Assembly: GCF_006345805.1 (NCBI RefSeq)
Contig: NW_021836131.1
Coordinates: 280,694-344,693, forward strand
DNA: 64,000 nt
Direction of reading: 5' to 3'
Source of the DNA: Octopus sinensis
Lineage: Eukaryota
The translations under genes were made by a program, and so were the position numbers. This document shows positions 40,621-52,599 of the stretch, in pieces; within the stretch, counting starts at the first letter, position 1, and every line of letters starts with the position of its first letter. The notes below the pieces were generated by a model. It made no database searches. It saw only the letters and a program-made list of their open reading frames with translations, and was not told where the DNA came from.

Positions 40621-42539
40621 CAATGTCATGAATCGATGATTTCAAAACACAGATTATTGTTCTTATCAAATTTTAGATACTGGATTGAATTTCTAAATAT
40701 TAATCATAAAATGGTATGGTGTGTGCGCATCGACTTCAAACTAGCAAAATACAGATGAATTGTGAAAATCCTTTCTTTATAATTAAAAAACATTCATATA
40801 AAACAGGGTTTCCCAAAGTGGGCGATACAAAATTTTAAGGTGGCGTTTATGACTAAATAATTTACTGGGGGCGATATATATTTAAAGGGGGAGATGAAAA
40901 TTATTTATAAATATTAAATTATATTGAGATATTAGATTTTTAGAATGGAAAGCCTATTTTAAAAACTTGTGTTATTTAATTTGTGTTGGTGTTTTAATGT
41001 ACCCAAATTTGTCTGTTGGTAGAATAACTCGTTATTATAATATTATGCATATAAAATACGGTTTCAACACAACTCCTAATGAAGAACAACGAACTCTTTG
41101 TTTGATATGCGAAAGTCGTTTTCTAACGAGGCTGTCAAGCCTTCTAGATTATGTTATCATTTAAGAAAGGTCCATATTTGTATTTTATGAAAATATAGGT
41201 TTATCCAATTTAATCTAACCAGCCGCTTTAGTTTTTTAAGGACTACTCACAAAACACAAAAATCAACAGAAATGGACAAATATATTTACTTTTGATCATA
41301 AAATTAATGATGATGGTCTTATTGCATAATATTGCTTTACTCATCGCTAAATCTGGTAAACCCCACATAATTGGCGAAGAACTTCTAATTCCATCAATTC
41401 TCGAAGTACTAACAACGGTTATGCACCAACCTCATCAGAATATCATTAAGTCGATTCGACTGCGTAACAACACGGTACAGAGACGTATTGGATAGGCGGA
41501 TATTCCTGAAAAATATTCTGTGTTTGAAGCATAGTAATAAAGGAAATTATAGTTAACGTAGAAAACATCGGAAGAGGACTGATTTGTAATATTTTTAAAA
41601 ATATTCTCATTCTACTATAATTCTTATAAAACACGGAAAAACTTACAAAATTTCAAATTTCCGTTTGCTTAGCTCAAAAATTATGTAAATTATTATAAAT
41701 AAATATACAAATATCAAGTTATTAAGCTTTAAATTTTGATTTTCTGAGAGCTGAGAATAATCAATAAATCCCTAATAAAAAATCACTCATACATGATGAT
41801 ATCTATTAAAAATTTAGTGTAGAGTGTTGTTTGAGCAGAAGGCGGAATAAGTAGCACAGGAATGCATCCTTTCTTCACTCTAAACGCTCAATACTCTGTT
41901 AAGTAATTAAATAGTTAATTAGTTTTTTTATTAATAAAGGATAAATCGTGTTAGTATGAAAATCATGCAACTTTCATCATCGTACATGATTATTTTCATC
42001 ATAATTATCTTCGTGAAAACGGTCGTCTAAATAGAAATTGTGTTTTTCTATCTTACTTCGAGGTCTTTTCCTGGAGATAAATTCGGTCTCTAACAATTAA
42101 AAAATCAATAAATACTAGGTTTGTTTATTCGAGGAACAGCTATTTCCTCTCCTGTCTATAAAATTAGTAATTAAATTTTAGACTATCTCATAGAAATCAT
42201 CATCTTTTGATATATGAGACTGGTGTCTGACCCAGGGCGGGAGGCAGAGTCCATGAGAGATGACGAGGAAAACTAGGTTTTAAAAATAAAAACACAAATG
42301 AATATGGCGAATAAACACATAATGTATTATTTGAAAAAATTTACTTAAATATTTTAATGTATGTACTAAATTTTGTACTTTAGTTTTCATTTATTTTTAA
42401 AGTACCTTTGACATTATTCAGATAAGGTACATTATTGAATAAAAAACTAGTTTTTTATTGACACACCTGATTTTAACCATTAAATTATAGGGAAGGAAGG
42501 AAAAATTTTTATTTTAAAATAAAAACTGTTAGTGAGGGT

Positions 42540-45221
42540 ATAATTAAGACCTTCGGCATTTCTGCCTTTTCAGTCCCGCACACACGCTCGCCTCTCAGCC
42601 GCAAACAAAGACTTACGTCTTACCTACCACCCAGACATTATCTTTTCTAAGACCTCAGGAAGGCCTTTGAGGGACAATTCCTGGGTGTCCGTGAGCTCCA
42701 CTCGCCATCCTAGCCATGGGCTAGCCGGATGGCTCGTCTTCTGACTTTCTTGAGCGCGTCAACGTACTTCTCTCGGTCCTCACAGAAGTGCCAAGCATGT
42801 ACGCCATAGGTCAACACGGGTAGCACCATGGCGTTAAACACACGTAGCCAAGCACCTCTCCGCAGCCGGAAAGCACGCAACGCGCCTAATCGCTGCATTG
42901 CACGCATTTCGTACGTGCAATGTGATCATCAAACTTACCGGACGGCTTAAAGAGCACGCCCAAATAAGTCATCTGATCAACTGCAGCAATTGCTGACCCG
43001 TTCAGCAATAACCTAGGGGCGTAATTAGTGTAACCCCTCGTCCTTTTACAGACTTTGAGAACACTGCACTTATCCGCACGCATCTTTAGACCCCTACTCC
43101 CACACCAGTTTACAAGTCCATCCACAGCAACCTGTAGCCTACGACACGCACACTCAGGTTTCATCGAGTGATCCCAGAGGATGATGTCGTCTGCATAAAT
43201 TACCATTTCAGTACGAGCATTGACTGGCATGGGCGCAGATGTCATAAAGACATTAAAAAGCGTGGGACTCAGCACAGAGCCCTGAGGGACCCCGCGAAGG
43301 ACTGTTCTGACTTTAGAAAAGACCCCCTGATGCCGCACGACCTGTCCGCGAGATTCAAGGAACCCCGACAGCCAGCGCCTTAGACACGGAGAAACCCCAC
43401 ACGTGGCGAGGGAGCTCCGGAGGCCGTCGTGCCACACCGAGTCGAAGGCCTTTTCAATGTCAAGACTAACTAGCATACCGCATTCCTTCTTCTGGAGGGC
43501 GCACTTCATCTCAGAAGACACCTTCAATAGGCAGTCTCCACACGAACGACCCTCCCTGAAGCCCCATTGGAACTCAGGGAGGGCATCAACCACCGTCAGC
43601 TCCTCCAGGAGCCTTCGGTGCATGATCCTTTCTAAAATTTTAGATACAGCGGGAAGCAAGGAAATGGGCCTGTATCCCCCAGGGACATCATGTGGCATCC
43701 TGGGTTTTCCGATAAGGATTACCTCAGCCACTTTCCATCTAGAGGGAATCATCCCAAGTCGCAAGCTCCCGCTAAACAAGACCTGTAAGGCGGTGATCAA
43801 CAACGGCGGGGCCTTCTTAAAGATGGCCATAGGGATCCGATCCAGACCCGCCGCAGTGTTCTTACTTCGGGAGATCGCTGCCAGAATCTCCGCTTCGGAA
43901 ATATCGCCTGCATCGTTCCTTGATATGCCCAGCTGGCAGCGCTTGTCCCACGACAATATCTGCTGGACAGTATCAAAGGACGATGTCTCCACGAACTGAC
44001 TTCCGTCAGTTCCAGAGATGTTATCGAGGTGGGTCGAAAATATTTCAGCCACCTCAACCGGGTCCGAAACGAGGGTTCCATCAGAGCGTTTAAGACGCAC
44101 TGAATTGGCTACCCCTCTCCCCGACAGGCTCTTCAACTGTTTCCAGAAGTCCGGGAAGCGGGCGTCTACGCGTCTGCAGGCTCGCTCCCACCGTGAACTT
44201 TCGAGTTCGCGGATTTCTCTTCTGATCTCCTTCTGAAGCCGGCTAATCCAGCCACGAAACCAAACGCGGTTCTCCTCGTAAACGCATTTGTCCCGTAGTC
44301 TGGATAGCCGGCGCTTAAACTTAATTTTATTTAAGACCCGGTATGGGAGCGCGGAATGTGACTTACCCTGCACTGAGTTTTGTTTGAAATTATCTCGCAT
44401 ATAATCAGTCAGGGCAGCATTGATTCCATTATCTAACGCCTCCAACTCACGTATATTGGCACAGGTATTCCCAACCAGAAGTGAGGGCAACCTGCTGGCC
44501 ATGAACCTCTCCAGGTTGGCCCAAGAACCCGACCGGAGGTCGAAGTATCCCGGAACCCTTTGAGGGACTGGCTCGCGGAGTTCGTGCAATAGAGGCAGAT
44601 GGTCGCTTCCAATATCGGGCAATAAAATTGTTTTACTAACCCAATTTAGCATTCCAGGACTGACCAGAGCAAGCCCTAGCCAGTCTAGTCCTCCCCGCGA
44701 ATCGATGTGGTTTGGCTCGCTTGAAGATCTGATTTCCAACCCAAGGTCTTCAACCAGCGTCTTTAGAGCCAAACCATGCGCGTTGGTTACCCTGAAACCG
44801 AGCTCTTGGTGCTTGGCATTCAGGTCCCCAACGACCATCGCCTTCGGATGCTTTTCAAAGAACTCCCGTACGTGCCAAGAACACGCCGTAAAGTTCTTCG
44901 AATACATCGCCCCTAGGTAAAATGTTAAATTACCTATGTGAATCCTCACTTGGAGGAATTCACATAGGCTACAAGAACATAAACTTGAACTTTGCAAGGC
45001 GAGGTACGGCTTGTAGAAGAGGCTAGTTCCCGTGCCACATATTGACCTCTGTTTCCAGGGTATGTGACAACAGTTGTAGCCATCAACTACGTACGGACCC
45101 CCCCTTTACCTTCGTTTCGTTGACCACCAGAATGTCCGCACTCGTGGTGGCCAACATCCTCTGAACGGCGTCTCCTTTACCGGATAAGGAGCGCGCGTTC
45201 AACGATATAATGTTGAGCATC
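42540..45221 (-). CDS. LINE ORF2: AP endonuclease + reverse transcriptase (frameshifted)
   Basis: NIISLNARSL, GDLNAKH, SDHLP, YRPISLLP, QWGFREGRS, LDIEKAFDSVWH, GVPQGSVLSP, YADD, YLGV. Confidence 0.9.
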
Positions 45222-46646
45222 ATATCGGTTCCTCGCCAAGGATCTTCTTGGCCTCAGCCATGTTGCAATGTAGCATATCTGCTACACTGCACTTCGTCGC
45301 CCTACATAATTTTAGTAGGCGCACACACAACTGCACGTCAGGACTAATGGTGTCCTGGGGAGCACGCTCGCCAGGGGGGGAGTGCGGTGGCATTTCCACG
45401 TATGGAGGACGCCTTTTCCCCCCTAGGTTTTGCTGGGCGGTATCACCTGTAGCCCACTCGGAAGGCTTAGCACGCTTCGGCATCCGAACTGACTCGGATG
45501 TTATTAGCGGCTCAGCCGACTTTGTCGGCAAAGGTGGTACCGACCCGCTCGCAATGTGGCTTGCAGGCTTCACAGGCCTCGCCACCGAAGCAGTCTTGGG
45601 TGGTTTGGACTGCTTTGCCCGCTTGCCAGGTTGTGGCCCAGTAACTGCGACGCTAGCCGCGCGACTTACCTTCGAGATTACACCCGCACCTACCTTTCGG
45701 GTTGCCTCCTTGAACTTGGGGCAACCTTTGAAGTTGGCACTGTGTCCCAACTTACCGCAGTTGACACAATACCTCTTCGTAGGTGGCGAGGGGCATGCCT
45801 TGCGACCATGCTCGCCACCGCAGGTCAAGCACTTCGCCTTCTCTGGACACCTCGTGCTTATGTGCCCGAAACCCTGACACCGAAGCATTGGGTGGCTCTC
45901 GGGCGGGGCCGGACAGCACGAAGCCTAACGTAGCCGACCCTCGTACCCAGCAGTATGAGGCGCTCGGCTTCCGCAGGAGATCCCAGCGTAACCTCCACCA
46001 CTTCAAGAGGCCGGTAACCTTGCTTGAAGCGTGCAATGGCAGAGGTACTGGGGTACTCCCGCTGCAGGTGCTCTAAAAGGTCGTTATCCTCAAAGTCCCG
46101 GGGGACCCCAAGGAGGAGGACTCTTACCTGCCCTACCTTGCGTTCGAACCTGACAAGCCGATGCATGCCAGGACCGAACGGGATGGACTTTTCCAGCTCC
46201 CTTTCGAAACTGAAAAAGTCCTCAGACTTCTCCCACCCAAGCAGGAATTGGGTGGGCTCCCTCTTCAGGACTCGATACCGCTTAGACGGCTGTATCGAGT
46301 CCAAGATCCCTAAGATTTTTACGACTGAGGCCTTTCCACAGGTGGGAAAGACCTCTAGTCGTGCTACAACGCCGAAGGTAATTCTACCCCCGGCGCGGGC
46401 TGTCTTCCTCTGGTGTGCATCCACCTCTGGAGACGGGTTAGCAGTACCTAAACTGTTAGAGACCGGACGGCAAGCGACACGTTTAGGTTTCCCCACGGTA
46501 CGCCAGCCGTCCTCACCGGTTACCTGAATATGTTCAACATCGCCTCCTGTTCGATTTTTGTTGATTAGCATCTTCCGAGATCGTTTTGCAGCATTCTTTT
46601 CTCCTTTAGTATTGTTGCTTTTTTGTACCACAGGAAACAACACCAT
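45220..46646 (-). CDS. LINE ORF1 gag-like protein with three CCHC zinc knuckles (one frameshift)
   Basis: QCFRCQGFGHISTRC, CLTCGGEH...C, CVNCGKLGH......C. Confidence 0.88.
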
Positions 46647-48000
46647 GCTTGCACGCTATCCACAAACTAACAACGGTTATGCACCAACTTCATCAGAATA
46701 TCATTAAGTCGATTCGACTGAGTAACAACACGGTACAGAGACGTATTGGATAGGCGGATATTCCTGAAAAATATTCTGTGTTTGAAGCATAGTAATAAAG
46801 GAAATTATAGTTAACGTAGAAAACATCGGAAGAGGACTGATTTGTAATATGTTTAAAAATATTCTCATTCTACTATAATTCTTATAAAACACGGAAAAAC
46901 TTACAAAATTTCAAATTTCCGTTTGCTTAGCTCAAAAATTATGTAAATTATTATAAATAAATATACAAATATCAAGTTATTAAGCTTTAAATTTTGATTT
47001 TCTGAGAGCTGAGAATAATCAATAAATCCCTAATAAAAACTCACTCATACATGATGATATCTATTAAAAATATAGTGTAGAGTGTTGTTTGAGCAGAAGG
47101 CGGAATAAGTAGGGCAGAAATGCATCCTTTCTTCACTCTAAACGCTCAATACTCTGTTAAGTAATTAAATAGTTAATTAGTTTTTTTATTAATAAAGGAT
47201 AAATCGTGTTAGTATGAAAATCATGCAACTTTCATCATCGTACATGATTATTTTCATCATAATTATCTTCGTGAAAACGGTCGTCTAAATAGAAATTGTG
47301 TTTTTCTATCTTACTTCGAGGTCTTTTCCTGGAAATAAATTCGGTCTCTAACAATTAAAAAATCAATAAATACTAGGTTTGTTTATTCGAGGAACAGCTA
47401 TTTCCTCTCCTGTCTATAAAATTAGTAATTAAATTTTAGACTATCTGATAGAAATCATCATCTTTTGATATATGAGACTGGTCTCTGATCAAGGGCGGGA
47501 GGCAGAGTCCATGAGAGATGACGAGGAAAACTAGGTTTTAAAAATAAAAACACAAATTAATATGGCAAATAAACACATAATGTATTATTTGAAAAAATTT
47601 ACTTAAATATTTTAATGTATGTACTAAATTTTGTACTTTAGTTTTCATTTATTTTAAAGTACCTTTGACATTATTCAGATAAAGTACATTATTGAATAAA
47701 AAACTAGTTTTTTATTGACACACCTGATTTTAACCATTAAATTATAGAAGTACTTCTTTTAAAATTGAAAAAAACTAGCAGTTGATTTATTGACTAATTA
47801 TTGAATTCGTCAATGTCATAAATCTATGATTTCAAAACCCAGATTACGGTTCTTATTAAATTTTAGATACTGGATTGAATTTCTAAATATTAATCATAAA
47901 ATGGTATGGTGTGTGCGCACCGACTTCAAACTAGCAAAATACAGATGAATTGTGAAAATCCCCTTCCCTTATAATTAAAAAACATTCATCCAAAATAAAA

Positions 48001-48165
48001 TATTATTATTAGAGTATGGCCACATCGAACCAGGTCGTTTTGCAGTGAAAAGGGACATCCGGTTCCGCAGTGAGATTACTGATGGCGGCGTCACCTTTAG
48101 CCTCAATATTAGATGCATGAAACTTTTAGCGCAACAATGGGATTCGAATCCGGCAGATTAGCATA
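48001..48165 (-). mobile_element. Probable 5'-truncated tRNA-derived SINE
   Basis: On minus: B-box GGATTCGAATCCC near the 5' end, GC-rich body, (TAA)3 tail; possible ATAAAA TSD. Confidence 0.5.
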
Positions 48166-48309
48166 TATAAAAGAAAACAAGTATACAAATAATGAATGAT
48201 GGCAATAAATATTTAAACTATTGGCGTTACTTTATAATTTCAAAAAGACAGTATCCAAAATATTCCAATATCGTTTTATATCAATAAAATTTAATAATAA
48301 TTATTTAAT

Positions 48310-48865
48310 TGGCTCGTGTTTAATCATTCATGCCGAAACGGAATTGGATGTTCCTCACGACATTCCGAACTCAACCAGATCATCTGTCGATCTCTCCGAA
48401 CTGCTGGTTTCCACACAAAATTTGAATCTGCAGGGATTTTTGTAGAGGACGACAGAAGACCCGATGGGATGACCACATTTCCATTTCAGAGGGGAAAGTG
48501 TCTGGTTTGGGACGTCACGTGTGTGAACTCCTTTTCCAATCAGAATATCAAATTGTGTATCGAAAAATTGGGAGCCCCGTCTGAACGGGCTGAGAAGAGG
48601 AAGAGTGAGAAATACGCTGGAATTGGGAATGACAGAGTGTTTGTCCCCCTGGCTTTTGAGACGTCAGGAATACAGGGGCCTTCTATTCGGGGCCTACTCC
48701 AGAGGAATGGCTCACAAATGGAAAGGGTTACCGGCGACCCGTATGAGCACCGGTATTTAATCGAACGAATATCTATAGCCATAGTCAGAGGCAATACTCT
48801 GGCTATCTGCCAATGACCTTTTTTCTAGTGCTTTTATTAATAAAACCGTTTGTTATTAAAAAAAA
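48310..48865 (+). mobile_element. 5'-truncated CRE-like retrotransposon
   Basis: RHSELN..DDRRPDG..WDVTCV..FVPLAFETSG..ISIAIVRGN; poly(A); possible TTAAT TSD overlapping the MICU stop codon. Confidence 0.88.
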
Positions 48866-50167
48866 TTAATATGTGAACTGCATTTTGTGACGAACACATG
48901 ACTTCCAGTTCTTAAAAATAGATTGGTTTTCATGAGTAGAGACAAGATTAGCCGTATAAGGAGCTTTCATTACACTGACAAAACTCCTTATAACTTAACT
49001 TTTCATCTCCGTCCTCATCAAAAATCCCAAACAGCACATCAACTAAATTAGTAGAAATCTCATTTCCAGTCGCAATTTTAGCAGCTCTTATAAACTCATC
49101 TATTTTTTAAATTGAAAAATTCCTCAAAAACCTTTTGTGATCGAAATTCCAGCTATAGTGTGCATCTGAATTGCACGTCAAACTTCCTCATGTTCGAATA
49201 AAAATGGTATGGTGTGTAATCAACTGTTCTGTCGTTGTCGATATTATTATCCAAATCTGGCTCTACGATGTCTCGGCCGTACATGATGAGGTCCTTAAAA
49301 GTTACGAATTCAAAAGTAAAAAAAGTTTTCTAGTCGTTTAGTCAAATGAACACTCGATGTCTTCTAAATTCAAGTCGTCTAAATTCAGTTTGCAATCCTT
49401 GAACAAATGTTTCCAATTCGTCCAACGTGAGAGAATCAGTTTGTGAATAACCAAAAAGACGCGTCAGAATTGTAGTATTTTTTGTCCCCTTTTCGTAAAC
49501 CAAAACCTCGAAATGAAACATAAAATCAAACATCCATGAATTCATTTCTAGTAATGGTTTTGTCTTGATCTAAGTCGAACATTCTGAACGTTACTTTAAG
49601 TCCGAGTGGATCTTAATGTTACTATCATTTTTATTACTTGTAAGTAAAAATATCACAAAAGCATATTCAACAAATGTAATGATGCCTACAAATAAGTCTA
49701 AATAACAGTTGGACCATTATTTTCCAGTTTTGTGAGCAAATTTTCTTCTGGAAATCGTTTATTTGGCGTTTTTAGCAACATTTTTTCTAATTGACATTTG
49801 TCTATTTGCTTTCGACCAAATTTAGCTATTAAATATTAATTAAATAAAAACGGCGGGGAGATGAGTTAAGGATTGATTCGATAAGATCTCTGGGAGTCAT
49901 ATAAATTGTTCCCTCAAACTCCAATGAGGCAAAATCTTCAAATCTTTGTCGTGTGATACTTTTTTTCCCGCTAGAAGTATTTGTTGTTTGAATTCGGTTA
50001 GGATACTATTGAATAGGAGTACTTATTACTTTGGGAACGGTCAAATTATAATTATAGAGACCCCACAATGTAGTTCCTGATATTGCTGAAATTGCTAGGA
50101 TTTTGATTTTCTTATTATTTTTTAAACTTTCCGCTGTAAATAAACTCCTTTTTGAATATTTCAACGT
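48866..50167 (-). pseudogene. MICU3: Mitochondrial calcium uptake protein MICU2/3-like, disrupted
   Basis: Spliced RFEDFASLEFEGTIYMTPRDLIES, GIITFVEY, FRMFDLDQDKTITRNEF, EFIRA, IFDEDGDEKLSYKEF. Start is ACG, in-frame TGA at 49178-80, and foreign DNA at 49193-49362 replaces coding sequence. Confidence 0.78.
49193..49362 (+). mobile_element. Helitron 5'-end fragment inside MICU
   Basis: AAAATGGTATGGTGTGT plus TACGATGTC..TACATGATGAGGTCCTTAAAA..GTCAAATGAACA, homologous to 55740-55900. Confidence 0.75.
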
Positions 50168-50599
50168 TTTAGAAATATTTAAAAATAGAGTTCTCTAAGT
50201 AGTTTTAATAAATCTTTAAACCACCATAAGAATACTAAATTATTGTTTATATTTAAAATATATATCAAATACAAATGCAAAATTGCAATTATACATAGAT
50301 TTAAATTAAAATAATTTGTGACAGTTTCTTTTAATCCCATTTTAATTTGTCTCTTAGTTCTGTTACTCGCTGGAAATTGATCCCACATTTTTAAGGGACC
50401 AACAATTATCTTTTAAGATCATTTTTCGCCAAATCTAAAGCAAAGTGGTCGATTTGTTCTTTATCCACATACATCTTCATATATATCAATAAGATAGTTA
50501 CTCGCATTGTCTAATTGCTCTTTAGACATTTTAGTTCCATGTTTATGCTCAACTATCATAGTTTTTAAATAGTCGCTGTTAAATCACGCTTCGGAAATG

Positions 50600-51020
50600 T
50601 GAAAAGAAAACAAACGTGGTGAGAAGATTGTCTGGATTATGTAAGAACGATTCTCACCAGATATTGGCAAGCATTTATCGCCATACTTTGAACCGTCCAT
50701 ATCCCACGTATTCGCATCATGAACACCGCTACTATCTTGGATCAACAGGAGAAGAATCGAGAAGATCCAACTAAGAGCGTAAAGATTAACCGAACGTTAA
50801 CCTCATAATAACAAACGTTCTGGAACGGCTCCTCTGGAGGATCTGATTAAACAAAACTCGAGATTACCGGCCGGAAAATGTCGCAACGAAACCGATAAGC
50901 CGCCAGGTGCGATCTTGTGTAGGCTCACGGAATGTTTCCTAGTGAGAATGAGGTCCCTGGTAAAGTGCATCAGGATCACGTGACTATTTGTCCGGTTTCT
51001 ACCGTGGTCTTGGTGTTTAA
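50600..51020 (+). mobile_element. Decayed LINE RT C-terminal remnant
   Basis: YVRTIL...EKIQLRA motif in a GC-richer block. Confidence 0.35.
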
Positions 51021-51639
51021 ATTAATAATCCTCCGCATTGAGTTGGCAAATAATTTGAGGCGTTTTATTATAATGGTTACATAAAATTCCAAAACTGCAA
51101 AAAACAAAATTGTGTTTTGTTTCACGCAGTATAGTCATTAATATTTGGAGATTGCACATCAATTTTTTTGAGATTCAGCATGAATTGGAGTAAAATCAGT
51201 TCAGTTTTGTGACTATTGATGCTAACCTTTTTTTCAAAATTTTTCTGCTCGGTTAAATTAGCCAATCTTTAGATGTATACATATATCTTAAAATACGCCA
51301 GTAGATGATTCTGTTAATGAGTGGGGCCAAATGATTGATTTCCAATATAGATTGATCAACTCTTTGATGTGGCGGTTTTGACTTTAATGTCCTCATTATT
51401 GGAAATTATTTTCCACATTATTGGAAATTATTTAATGTTTTATTGTCAATTAAACTAGAAAATTTATAATATGGAACAATATCTTTAATATGATTTATAA
51501 AAAATCCAATAGAAAAAACTTAAAGAAAATAATAATTCTTCGTTTTTAACATTTTGGGAAAAAATTATTTATTATAAAATAATTTTTAATTTTTGAATTT
51601 AGTGATAATATAAATTTATTTTTGAATTATTATAAAATA

Positions 51640-52321
51640 ATTAGTTTTTGTGTGCTTATCTGAAAGCTGGATTCTTGTTACAATAATTTTACAAAGAACG
51701 GATTTCCCAATTTGATCCCTCATTGCATAAAACACAAATTCAGCCTTATGCAAACGAAACTTTCCAGAATTCAAAAACCACATTAAATGAAAAAATTTAC
51801 AAAAATTCCACTTTATCCGAAATCAAAATAACAATTTGAACATTTTTAACAAAGATTCACAAAATAACACTCCCTGGATAAATGAGCAGTATTCCAAACT
51901 TAATGAAATTGATTTTGAAGACATTCCAGATTCCGCAAGCATGTATAATGAATTTAAATATTCATACGATCATGGAATTCCAATTCGAAGTCGACATTAT
52001 CTATCCAATATAGACCAATGCAACACTAATATAAAATACTCCCATGGTAAGACTATTGGATCTGATCACCACGTATTAAAAGATCAAAGTCTGCAAATTC
52101 CTAATCAATTTCTTAATCAACAATCTTATCAGATAAACCGCAATTCTTCAAATGTTCAGACTGTCAATGACAAAAGGATATATTCTTATGAGAATTGTTC
52201 CTTTGATTTTTTTACTGATTATTTTTATAATTTCAGAGGGAGAGGCGGTATTAATGACTCTCAAGGTGATACTGACATATATGTAATGAATGCTATCACA
52301 ATGGGTCTACAAAAGCAATGA
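51640..52321 (+). CDS. Hypothetical Asn/Gln-rich protein
   Basis: 161-aa ORF in AT-rich DNA followed by AATAAA; no recognisable domain; start uncertain. Confidence 0.3.
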
Positions 52322-52599
52322 ATTTTTGCCATTCACATACTATAATTATTTTTGTATTACATCTAATAAATTTTTTCGTATTATTTTTTTGTTTCTTTCG
52401 ACACTTTTAATGAACCAGACTGTGTGGTAACACCAATCATTTGTCAATTTAAAAAACTTAAAACATAATCCATTTGGTATATTTCTATGAAATCAATGAA
52501 ACTTAGTAACTTTTTAAAAAATATTGATGTTTTTTAATTCAAATACACGTTTAAAAATGCTTTTATTGCAAGTAACAAGGAAGACTTAGAATACTTAGG

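Larger units (their letters stand above)
42491..46665 (-). mobile_element. Near full-length Jockey/I-group LINE
   Basis: GC-rich; gag ORF1 and APE-RT ORF2 overlapping at TGATG; (TTCC)n 3' tail next to 42491. Confidence 0.93.
26270..48000 (+). repeat. Tandem array of a ~1.87-kb composite unit (~10 units, with CRE and Jockey insertions)
   Basis: The marker CAGGGTTTCCCAAAGTGGG recurs at 27202, 29077, 30937, 32815, 34682, 36550, 37583 (deleted unit) and 40804. Central units differ almost only by homopolymer indels. Confidence 0.97.

Noticed and set aside
27846-46892. Repeated short minus-strand ORFs (MFYKNYSRMRIF...) as a peptide gene family
   Set aside because: They are antisense by-products of the monomer, start at non-ATG codons and vary by frameshift between copies.
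48121-48160. tRNA gene
   Set aside because: Only a T-loop/B-box is present; no cloverleaf can be folded.
49178-49180. TGA reassignment (alternative genetic code)
   Set aside because: TGA ends SSBP and GPATCH4, Trp is TGG elsewhere, and MICU has other lesions.
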